Source: an uncultured Candidatus Saccharibacteria bacterium (GTDB lineage: Bacteria > Patescibacteriota > Minisyncoccia > Phycocordibacterales > UBA5272). Taken from it: 64,000 nt of DNA. Below are positions 26,183 to 33,986 of this stretch, piece by piece; position 1 is the first letter of the stretch; every line of letters starts with the position of its first letter. The translations under genes and the position numbers were made by a program. The DNA lies in contig CAZJDZ010000002.1 in assembly GCA_964544935.1 (NCBI GenBank), forward strand, positions 30,668 to 94,667, read 5' to 3'. The notes under the pieces were generated by a model. That model saw nothing but the letters and a program-made list of their open reading frames with translations. It made no database searches and had not been told where the DNA came from.

Positions 26183-28036
26183 ATGAAAAAACGTATTTCT
26201 GATAGTGTTCAAAAAGTAGTTCCGCTTATTGCAAATCTGTACACAAAGGCATTAGATCATAAAAAAATTTCTACGGGAGTTATCCTCCTTCTTATCGGAG
26301 GTGCATATTACTTTTCTTTGAGCGCAACAGAAGCATCTGTTACATATCAGTATGTAACTGTAAAACGTGGCTCAATGAGCACAACTGTTTCAGCTACTGG
26401 TCAAGTTGCTCCAACAAGTCAAGTTGACCTAAAGCCAAAAGTAAACGCAAGCGTAACAGGTGTATATGTTAAGGCAGGAGATAGAGTAAAAACAGGGCAA
26501 CTACTTTTTAGACTTGATGCAACTGATGCATATAGGCAAGTTCGTGACGCTAAGACATCACTTCAGTCAGCAGAAATTACTCTTGAAAAACTTCGTAACC
26601 CAAAATCAATTGATATTATGTCTATTGAAGATTTGATTAAACAAGAAGAAGATTCTCAAATAACCAATAATCAAAAAGTAGAAACTGCGCGTAACACACT
26701 CTTAAGTACAGGTCTTCAAGCGCTTCCAGAAGTTGCATATACAACAGAAACAGCCCCAACTCTTACAGGGAACTATACTCTTGATATCGAAGGCAACATC
26801 AAAATTGTTGTATATCAAGGAGGGAACTCAGGATATAGTTTTAGTTATTCTGGTGTTGCAAACGGTGTTGGGGAAGTAAATGCAACCGTGGCACAACCTC
26901 TTGGAACAACTGGTTTATATATTAAATGGAATAGCAGTACCCCTCAAACTAATTGGATTATTAGTATTCCAAACAAGCAATCAACAAGTTATCTTTCAAA
27001 TTACAATGCTTGGCAAAATGCTGTTGCGAATAGAGATATTGCTAATGCTGCGTCTAGTAGAAACATTACAAGTCTTAAACAAAAACTTGCAGATCTCACA
27101 CCGGACGATAATGATCTTGATGTAAGAACTGCACTTCTTACAGTTACACAAAGACAAAATGCGCTAGCAGATGCACAGCAGTCACTTTCTGATTATACAA
27201 TTACAGCACCGTTTGATGGAGTTATGGCAACTGTTTCTGGAGACATTGGCGTCTCCGCAGTGATGGCATCATCAAATAGTAGTACTGCACTTGGTACTAT
27301 TGTTACTGATAAAAAAATAGCTCAAATTACTTTAAATGAAGCAGATGTTGTAAAAGTGCGCCTGGGTCAAAAAGCAAATGTTGTATTTGATGCAATCGAC
27401 GGACTTACTGTTGAAGGTACAGTAGTTGAAATTAATACATTAGGGACAGTAACCCAAGGGGTTGTAACTTATAAAGTAAAAGTTGCATTTAGTAGTGATG
27501 ATGTAAGAATATTGCCAAATATGAGTGTTTCTGTAGATATCATAACTGATAGCAAGGATGATGTTCTCTATCTTCCAAATCAAGCAATTAAGCATGATGC
27601 TGCCGGATATTATGTGGAAGAAGATACTACAACTCCTGTGCTTACTCCGTTACAAAAATTTAGGAATGCTTCGTCAACAGTTGATAAAGAGTTTGCTTCA
27701 TCTTCAAAACACCTCCTCCCTACTTCAGTGTCATCTTCAAGTTTTGTAAGAAATGGTATGGGTTCTTCAACTCGTAAAAGAGTACAAGGAAATGATATAT
27801 CGTCTTTACAGTCTCAAGTAATTATTCCATCGGGAACAGTGCTCACAAGAATACCGGTAACCATAGGAATGCAAAGTGATATAGTTACAGAAGTGGTTTC
27901 TGGATTACAAGAAGGTGAAAGAGTGCTTGGCAAGAAAACAATTACACAGACAACGGGAGGTGCAGCAGCTCCGTCGATTACGTCACTCTTTAGGCCGCAA
28001 GGACAGGGAACAGGAAGAGCCCTTCGTGCTCAATAA
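26183..28036 (+). CDS. HlyD/MacA-family periplasmic adaptor (membrane fusion protein)
   Basis: N-terminal TM helix, a barrel-sandwich/lipoyl segment (VKAGDRVKTGQLLFRLD) and long coiled coils. Sits upstream of the ABC ATPase and FtsX permease genes. Confidence 0.75.
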   Translation: MKKRISDSVQKVVPLIANLYTKALDHKKISTGVILLLIGGAYYFSLSATEASVTYQYVTVKRGSMSTTVSATGQVAPTSQVDLKPKVNASVTGVYVKAGDRVKTGQLLFRLDATDAYRQVRDAKTSLQSAEITLEKLRNPKSIDIMSIEDLIKQEEDSQITNNQKVETARNTLLSTGLQALPEVAYTTETAPTLTGNYTLDIEGNIKIVVYQGGNSGYSFSYSGVANGVGEVNATVAQPLGTTGLYIKWNSSTPQTNWIISIPNKQSTSYLSNYNAWQNAVANRDIANAASSRNITSLKQKLADLTPDDNDLDVRTALLTVTQRQNALADAQQSLSDYTITAPFDGVMATVSGDIGVSAVMASSNSSTALGTIVTDKKIAQITLNEADVVKVRLGQKANVVFDAIDGLTVEGTVVEINTLGTVTQGVVTYKVKVAFSSDDVRILPNMSVSVDIITDSKDDVLYLPNQAIKHDAAGYYVEEDTTTPVLTPLQKFRNASSTVDKEFASSSKHLLPTSVSSSSFVRNGMGSSTRKRVQGNDISSLQSQVIIPSGTVLTRIPVTIGMQSDIVTEVVSGLQEGERVLGKKTITQTTGGAAAPSITSLFRPQGQGTGRALRAQ

Positions 28037-28042
28037 GTTACT

Positions 28043-28738
28043 ATGATTGATTGTAAACATATTGTTAAAGATTATTCAGACGGAGAGACTGTTACACATG
28101 TCCTTAAAGGTGTTAGTTTCCATGTAAAAAAAGGAGAGTTTGTTGCGATCATGGGGCCATCGGGTTCAGGTAAGTCGACACTCATGAATATTATTGGACT
28201 TCTAGATACTCCCACTAAAGGTACATATATACTTGATAATAAAGATGTTTCACAATTGTCTGACGATGAGCAGGCAGCAATACGTGCTGAGAAAATTGGT
28301 TTTGTGTTTCAGTCATTTAATCTGCTTCCTCGTACAACAGTGCTTCGCAATGTTATGCTCCCACTCCTATATGCTCATCTACCAGTAGAAGAACGTGAGA
28401 TTCGTGCAAAGAAAGCACTTACTTCCGCAGGGTTTCCTGAGGATAGGTGGTACAACTTATCTAATCAGCTCTCAGGAGGGCAGATACAGCGAGTCGCCAT
28501 TGCGCGAGCACTTGTGAACGATCCAAGTATTATTCTTGCAGACGAACCAACTGGAAATTTAGATACCAAAACTGGCGAGATTGTACTTGCAACTTTTAAA
28601 AAATTAAACAAAGAAGAGGGACGTACAATTATTCTTATTACTCACGAAGGAGATGTTGCAAAGCATGCGGACAGAACTATTCATGTGCGCGATGGTGATA
28701 TTGTTGAGAGTCATCATGCGCAGCACGTGCGTAATTAA
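28043..28738 (+). CDS. ABC transporter ATP-binding protein (MacB/LolD-like)
   Basis: Walker [10 protein letters not shown], signature LSGGQ, Walker [12 protein letters not shown]. Confidence 0.9.
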   Translation: MIDCKHIVKDYSDGETVTHVLKGVSFHVKKGEFVAIMGPSGSGKSTLMNIIGLLDTPTKGTYILDNKDVSQLSDDEQAAIRAEKIGFVFQSFNLLPRTTVLRNVMLPLLYAHLPVEEREIRAKKALTSAGFPEDRWYNLSNQLSGGQIQRVAIARALVNDPSIILADEPTGNLDTKTGEIVLATFKKLNKEEGRTIILITHEGDVAKHADRTIHVRDGDIVESHHAQHVRN

Positions 28739-29970
28739 TGTATAACACTATGACACTTAACGACCTTTTTGAAGAGACATTTACATCAATTAAAGCAAAT
28801 CAAGCTCGTACAGCACTTACTGTGCTTGGTATTGTGATTGGTATTGCATCTGTAATTGTTATGCTTGCAATTGGTAACGGTGCACAAAGTTCAATTGCTG
28901 CCAGTATCAATTCCTTAGGGTCAAATATTCTTACTATTACTGGCGGTGGAAGTAATCGACAAGGAGGAGTTAATGCTGGGCGTTCAAATCAGCAAACTCT
29001 TACATACGATGATGCAGAAGCGATTCGAGAAAAAATTTTTCTAGCCAAAGAAGTTTCTCCAGAACTTAACTCTCGTTCACAGGTTGTTGCAGAAGGCAAT
29101 AATACTAATACAACGGTTCTGGGAGCTGTTCCTTCATATGGAACTGCGCATGCAGTTGTAATGACTGAAGGAGATTTTATTACTGATGCACAGTATAGAA
29201 GTGCTGCTCGAGTTGCAGTCCTTGGCCCAACGACACGAGACGATCTATTTGGTGTCGGGGGAGATGCTGTTGGTAAAGAAATTCGTATCGCGGGTGCACG
29301 TTTTACTGTGATAGGAATCACCAAGTCAAAAGGAGGAAGTGGTTTTGGTAATCAAGATGATCGTGTATTTATACCACTCACTACGGCACAGCGCTATATT
29401 TCAGGAGGAGAATTTGTAAGCACTATTGCAGTGACTACTGAAAATCAAGAAGATTTAGCAGCTCTTCAAACAGAAATTACAGAGCTTCTTCTCGAACGAC
29501 ATAATAAGACATCTTTATCTGAAGCTGATTTTAGTATTTTTAATCAAGCGGATCTTGCAAGTACAGCACAGTCAATCACAAGTATATTCACTATTTTACT
29601 TTCATCAGTCGCTTCTATTTCACTTCTCGTTGGGGGAATTGGAATTATGAATATGATGCTTACTAACGTTCGTGAAAGAACTAGAGAAATAGGTCTTCGA
29701 AAAGCAATTGGAGCAAAGAAGAAAGATATCAGTAATCAATTTCTTATGGAATCAATTGCAGTTACGTTGCTTGGAGGGGTTATTGGAGTTATATTTGGTG
29801 TTGCGGTTGCATACGGAATTTCTTCTCTCGGAGTGCTACAGACCCAAGTATCTCTTAATCCTATTTTACTTGCATTCGGTGTGTCTGCTGCAATCGGTAT
29901 TATTTTTGGTTATTACCCAGCAAAGAAAGCTTCCGAACTTAATCCAATTGAAGCACTTAGATATGAATAA
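28738..29970 (+). CDS. ABC transporter permease, FtsX/MacB-type
   Basis: N-terminal TM helix, a large periplasmic domain and three C-terminal TM helices. Start overlaps the preceding stop (ATGTAA context). Confidence 0.85.
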   Translation: MYNTMTLNDLFEETFTSIKANQARTALTVLGIVIGIASVIVMLAIGNGAQSSIAASINSLGSNILTITGGGSNRQGGVNAGRSNQQTLTYDDAEAIREKIFLAKEVSPELNSRSQVVAEGNNTNTTVLGAVPSYGTAHAVVMTEGDFITDAQYRSAARVAVLGPTTRDDLFGVGGDAVGKEIRIAGARFTVIGITKSKGGSGFGNQDDRVFIPLTTAQRYISGGEFVSTIAVTTENQEDLAALQTEITELLLERHNKTSLSEADFSIFNQADLASTAQSITSIFTILLSSVASISLLVGGIGIMNMMLTNVRERTREIGLRKAIGAKKKDISNQFLMESIAVTLLGGVIGVIFGVAVAYGISSLGVLQTQVSLNPILLAFGVSAAIGIIFGYYPAKKASELNPIEALRYE

Positions 29971-30207
29971 TTCGTTATTCCTTGTGTTTTAGGCTCTCTG
30001 AGCGTATCGTTTATAGAGGGTGTTGCTCCCGCAACATTTTGGAGCGAAATCATGGTAGATCCTGTTCTGTACTTGACCGTGCTCTTCCAACCGATGCTTC
30101 GCATCATGGGGGCCTTCTACTTGCCATTTCTGTACCTGCCAGACATGCGCAGGATAAGCACTCACAAAGAGAAGGGGTGAAAATGTTTCTTTTGTTTACT
30201 GCGCAGT

Positions 30208-30248
30208 GCCGACATTTACGAAAGGAGTGTCGGCCTTGTTTTTTTGTA
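30208..30248 (+). terminator. Intrinsic terminator (gccgaca-tttacgaaaggag-tgtcggc followed by cttgttttttt), ~50 nt upstream of rnhB
   Basis: 7-bp GC stem plus a long T-tract. It closes a ~270-nt non-coding GC-richer stretch at 29971-30250. Confidence 0.6.
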
Positions 30249-30298
30249 AGGTATATGAGGAGTACCTTTAAGGCGCACATGGTAAACTTAGTATATTT

Positions 30299-30895
30299 AT
30301 GTATACAATCGGCATTGATGAAGTTGGTCGTGGCCCAATTGCTGGACCCCTTGTTGTTTGTGCGTGCGCTATACAAGTTGGAATTAATATTCTTAAACTT
30401 TTTCCTCATGAAGAACTTCGTGATAGCAAAAAACTAACTGAAAAGAAACGTCTGACAATCATGGAGCGGTTACCTGTATATGTAGAAGAAGGAATAGTAG
30501 TTTTTGGTATTGGGGAGGTGTCATCTGAGAGATTAGACCAAGTTGGTTTATCGTTCGCAATTAAAGAAGCTCTTGCAGAAGCTCTTGCAAAAGTTCATGC
30601 ACAAGAAGTGCCACAAGATTCTTTTATTTTTCTTGATGGATCACTTAAAGCTGATGGAAAGTATCAACAAGAGACAATTATCAAAGGAGATGAAAAAATT
30701 CCAGAGATTGCACTTGCTTCAATTATCGCAAAAACGCATAGAGATACGTATATGAAAAAAATAAGCGAGGTGTACCCTTTCTACGGTTTTGAAAAGCATG
30801 TTGGGTATGGTACCAAAGCACATTATCAAGCTATTAAAGAAAATGGACTTACACCACTCCATCGTAAAACTTTTTTAAAAGGTCTGGTTATATAA
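30299..30895 (+). CDS. rnhB: Ribonuclease HII
   Basis: IGIDEVGRGPIAGPLVV N-terminal motif and an RNase HII-like fold. Confidence 0.9.
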   Translation: MYTIGIDEVGRGPIAGPLVVCACAIQVGINILKLFPHEELRDSKKLTEKKRLTIMERLPVYVEEGIVVFGIGEVSSERLDQVGLSFAIKEALAEALAKVHAQEVPQDSFIFLDGSLKADGKYQQETIIKGDEKIPEIALASIIAKTHRDTYMKKISEVYPFYGFEKHVGYGTKAHYQAIKENGLTPLHRKTFLKGLVI

Positions 30896-30937
30896 ATATA
30901 TAGCTCTTTTTACTATCGGGAGTATACTGGGGTATAT

Positions 30938-31321
30938 ATGAGTAGTATTTTTTCAAAAATTATAGTAAATGAGATTCCAGGGTATAAAATTTATGAGGAT
31001 GAATATGTGTGCGCTATTTTAGATATTAATCCGATTCAAAAAGGACATGTTCTTGTTATTCCAAAACAAGAAGTTGATCAACTTTTTGAACTTGATGAAA
31101 AAATGTATGACAGGGTCATGCATCGAGTCCGGTACTTAGCTCAAGTTATTAAAGGAAAAACTGACTGTGCTCGTGTTTGTGTATTTGTGGAAGGGTATGG
31201 TGTACCGCATGCACATGTTCACCTTGTTCCCACTCGTACTGCTGAAGATTTTGATAAGAAATTTGTTTACAAAGCAACCACAGAGGAGTTAGAAGAAATG
31301 CAAGCACTTTTACGGTCATAG
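30938..31321 (+). CDS. HIT-family nucleotide hydrolase
   Basis: Histidine triad VPHAHVHLVP. Confidence 0.8.
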   Translation: MSSIFSKIIVNEIPGYKIYEDEYVCAILDINPIQKGHVLVIPKQEVDQLFELDEKMYDRVMHRVRYLAQVIKGKTDCARVCVFVEGYGVPHAHVHLVPTRTAEDFDKKFVYKATTEELEEMQALLRS

Positions 31322-31327
31322 TTTTTT

Positions 31328-31681
31328 ATGAAATATCTTGCTATACGCACAGTTGCAGTTCTCCTTGCTAGTTATATTACACGAGTAGGTGTTCCTATTG
31401 CTATTACGTCATTTCCGTTTGTTGTAAGCACACTCTGGCTTGGTCTTGTGACAGCAGTTGTTCTCGGGTTTATCAACCATACGATTAAGCCGCTATTTAT
31501 GTTAGTTTCCATTCCAATTAATCTAGTGACACTTGGACTGTTCTCTTTTGTTATTAACGGAGCAATGATTCTTTTGGCAGATACAATTGTGCCAGGGTTT
31601 AGTGTTCCATCACTTATTATGGCTATCTACTTTTCAATTGTGCTTGCTATCGTTAATGCTGTACTTCATGTGTTTGAATAA
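31328..31681 (+). CDS. Small four-TM membrane protein of the DUF360/YvlD type (holin-like family 4)
   Basis: Four hydrophobic helices. NLVTLGLFSFVINGAMILLADTIVPGF resembles the YvlD family. Confidence 0.55.
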   Translation: MKYLAIRTVAVLLASYITRVGVPIAITSFPFVVSTLWLGLVTAVVLGFINHTIKPLFMLVSIPINLVTLGLFSFVINGAMILLADTIVPGFSVPSLIMAIYFSIVLAIVNAVLHVFE

Positions 31682-31730
31682 CATTACAGTAGAGCACTCA
31701 CAATATCCTTCGGTTCCAAAGATACACAAA

Positions 31731-32246
31731 TTATTTATTTTTCGGTAGTGTACTTGTGCTTTCTTCAGAGTGTTCTTCTTGAATCTCTTCCACATCTTCC
31801 TGAATCTCATCAACATCTTTTTGAATCTCTTCCACATCCTCCTGAATCTCATCAACATCTTTTTGAATTTCTTCGATATCTTCCTGAATCTCTTCATGAG
31901 CTTCTTGAATTCCTTCTACATCTTCTGCGATCTCGCCAACATCTTCTGCGATCTCCTCTACATCTTCCGCAATCTCGTCAATTTCTTTTTCAACACTTGC
32001 GATAGCACGTGCTTGGTAGTTGACACTAAGTTGAATGAAGATTGAGAGATAAATTGCCTCAAGCGAGAGTACTGTTGTGAGTACAAGAAGCACCCTGTCG
32101 AAGTCAAAACCAAACAAAACAAGCGCGAAAGCACTAATAAATAAAATGGTATGGATGATGACGGAAGGTACTGAACCAACACCTCGAGTTACCGAAAGAG
32201 CCAGTGTTTCCAAGCGATTAAGAGGAATTGTAGACATAGTTTCCAC
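31731..32246 (-). CDS. Membrane-anchored acidic heptad-repeat protein (two N-terminal TM helices, then ~10 copies of EIxEDVE)
   Basis: Translation shows EIAEDVE, EIQEDVE and EIQKDVD heptads. The DNA has 21-nt periodicity. Confidence 0.6.
   Translation of the reverse strand: METMSTIPLNRLETLALSVTRGVGSVPSVIIHTILFISAFALVLFGFDFDRVLLVLTTVLSLEAIYLSIFIQLSVNYQARAIASVEKEIDEIAEDVEEIAEDVGEIAEDVEGIQEAHEEIQEDIEEIQKDVDEIQEDVEEIQKDVDEIQEDVEEIQEEHSEESTSTLPKNK
31770..31990. repeat. Tandem 21-nt repeats (about ten units) encoding the acidic heptads; they lie inside the CDS and are not an array
   Basis: Read from the sequence: ttcctgaatctcatcaacatc and variants. Confidence 0.7.
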
Positions 32247-32274
32247 TATATCATGAAAATGCTAGAATTAAATA

Positions 32275-33408
32275 ATGATAGTAACAATTGTAATGTTAAT
32301 TGCTCTTTTGTTTGTTATGGTTATTGTCTTTGGAATCCGTTCACTTTATTTACTTAGCTCTTCTCATAAACATTCTATGCAAGCAGATATGAAAACAAAA
32401 GCTCTCGATGTGTTTCTTTATTTAGGTATAGCTATTTCGCTTATTGTTTCAGTTACTAATTTTTTACAAGTTATTTTTGCTGCAGTTGATAGAAAGTTTG
32501 TTGATATTTTGCAAGCAACGGTATATGTAGACAGTACTGCTTCTGATGTGCGTTTTGCGATTGCATCACTTGTTGTTATGTTTCCAATTTATATGTTGCT
32601 TTCTTGGTATGTGTCACGTGATATTGTTAAATTTTTGTATAAGCAAGATATTTTTATTCGCAAGGTAATGATTTATTGTACTTTGTTTATAACAGTGCTT
32701 ACTTTAATTGGAACACTTGTTTCAGTTATCTATAACTACTTAGGAGGAGATCTTTCTGTTAGTTTTGGATTAAAAGCAGTAAGTGTATTTGTGGTGGCAC
32801 TTGCACTCTTTGCGTACTACTACTATTCACTTCGTCGTGACTATTCAAAAACAACTTTAGTACCTATTGTTATTGCAGTATTTGTATCATTATTGATTAC
32901 TGCACTAGTAATATGGAGTGTCTCAATTATTGGGGGGCCAAGCACAATGCGTGCTATGAAAATAGATAATGTACGTCTGTCAGATATTTCCGGTATTCAG
33001 AGCCAGATTGTTAATCGAGTACAAATGACTGATAAGTTACCAGTATCATTAAGTGAACTTACAAATATGATCCAAGAGTATCAGGCTCCAGTTGACCCAA
33101 TTACTAAAGAATTGTATGTGTATAGAGTCATTCAACAGCCAGTTATCAAAGCTAATTACGGTACTAATAAGAAAGAAATGACAACAGAAGCTATCTTTGA
33201 ATTGTGTGCAACATTTGACACAGTGCGAAATGTCGATGCTCGAGGGCAGAGTATTCCTATGATTGATAAAGGAGGAGTATTATCAGAAAGCTTCTATTCT
33301 GCAAATAATTATTATAACAGTGGAGATATATCTCCATTTTGGAACCATGGAGTAGGCGAGACATGTTTCAAGAGAATTATTTCTCCTGATATGTATTACG
33401 GAAGATAA
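32275..33408 (+). CDS. Polytopic membrane protein with a C-terminal soluble domain; function unknown
   Basis: About six TM helices then ~170 aa of soluble sequence. Tightly coupled to the downstream NADAR gene (gap 14 nt). Confidence 0.55.
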   Translation: MIVTIVMLIALLFVMVIVFGIRSLYLLSSSHKHSMQADMKTKALDVFLYLGIAISLIVSVTNFLQVIFAAVDRKFVDILQATVYVDSTASDVRFAIASLVVMFPIYMLLSWYVSRDIVKFLYKQDIFIRKVMIYCTLFITVLTLIGTLVSVIYNYLGGDLSVSFGLKAVSVFVVALALFAYYYYSLRRDYSKTTLVPIVIAVFVSLLITALVIWSVSIIGGPSTMRAMKIDNVRLSDISGIQSQIVNRVQMTDKLPVSLSELTNMIQEYQAPVDPITKELYVYRVIQQPVIKANYGTNKKEMTTEAIFELCATFDTVRNVDARGQSIPMIDKGGVLSESFYSANNYYNSGDISPFWNHGVGETCFKRIISPDMYYGR

Positions 33409-33422
33409 CTTCCTTAAATGAG

Positions 33423-33902
33423 ATGTTACATGAAAAAATAGATCTCAAAAAGATTGCTCTTTTCTATACTGGAGAGTGGCACTGCTTCGATCCATTTTCA
33501 GCATATAATGTGGAATATAATGGGAGGGTATGGATGACTGTTGAGCATGCATATCAAGCGGCAAGATTTGTTGATACATCTATTGTTGATAAAATCTACA
33601 ACGCATCTTCACCGTATATGGCAAAAGAAATCGCTCGGAAAGAAAAAATCAATAAACAAGTAATTGTTTCTGATTGGGAAACTCAAAAGCTTGAGGTAAT
33701 GAGAGAGCTTATTCGTTTAAAAATAGAACAGCACCCAGATGTACGCAAGAAGCTTTTGGAAAGTGGGGATCTTCTTATTGTTGAAGATTCTCCAACGGAC
33801 TCATATTGGGGGAGAGGTGAAGATTGGAATGGACAGAATAATCTTGGGAAACTTTGGATGGAGAAACGAGAAGAACTACGTAAAGAGATACTTCTAAAAT
33901 AA
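33423..33902 (+). CDS. NADAR (YbiA/DUF1768) domain protein
   Basis: VEHAYQAARF and LIVEDSPTDSYWGRGEDWNGQNNLGKLWM match the NADAR conserved blocks. Confidence 0.65.
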   Translation: MLHEKIDLKKIALFYTGEWHCFDPFSAYNVEYNGRVWMTVEHAYQAARFVDTSIVDKIYNASSPYMAKEIARKEKINKQVIVSDWETQKLEVMRELIRLKIEQHPDVRKKLLESGDLLIVEDSPTDSYWGRGEDWNGQNNLGKLWMEKREELRKEILLK

Positions 33903-33916
33903 GAATAGTTCTTGTC

Positions 33917-33955
33917 AAAAACCAAATTACCAAAAGTTATTTGGTTTTTGTTTTG
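33917..33955 (+). terminator. Intrinsic terminator (aaaaaccaaat...atttggttttt followed by gttttg)
   Basis: 11-bp stem plus T-tract. Confidence 0.55.
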
Positions 33956-33986
33956 AGAGGGTTTGATAATTTGGTAGTATAGAGAT

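Noticed and set aside
31770-31990. Regular short tandem repeats that at first glance could resemble a CRISPR array
   Set aside because: The unit is 21 nt, contiguous with no spacers, in-frame and translating into EIxEDVE heptads inside a long ORF. It is a coding repeat, not a repeat-spacer array.
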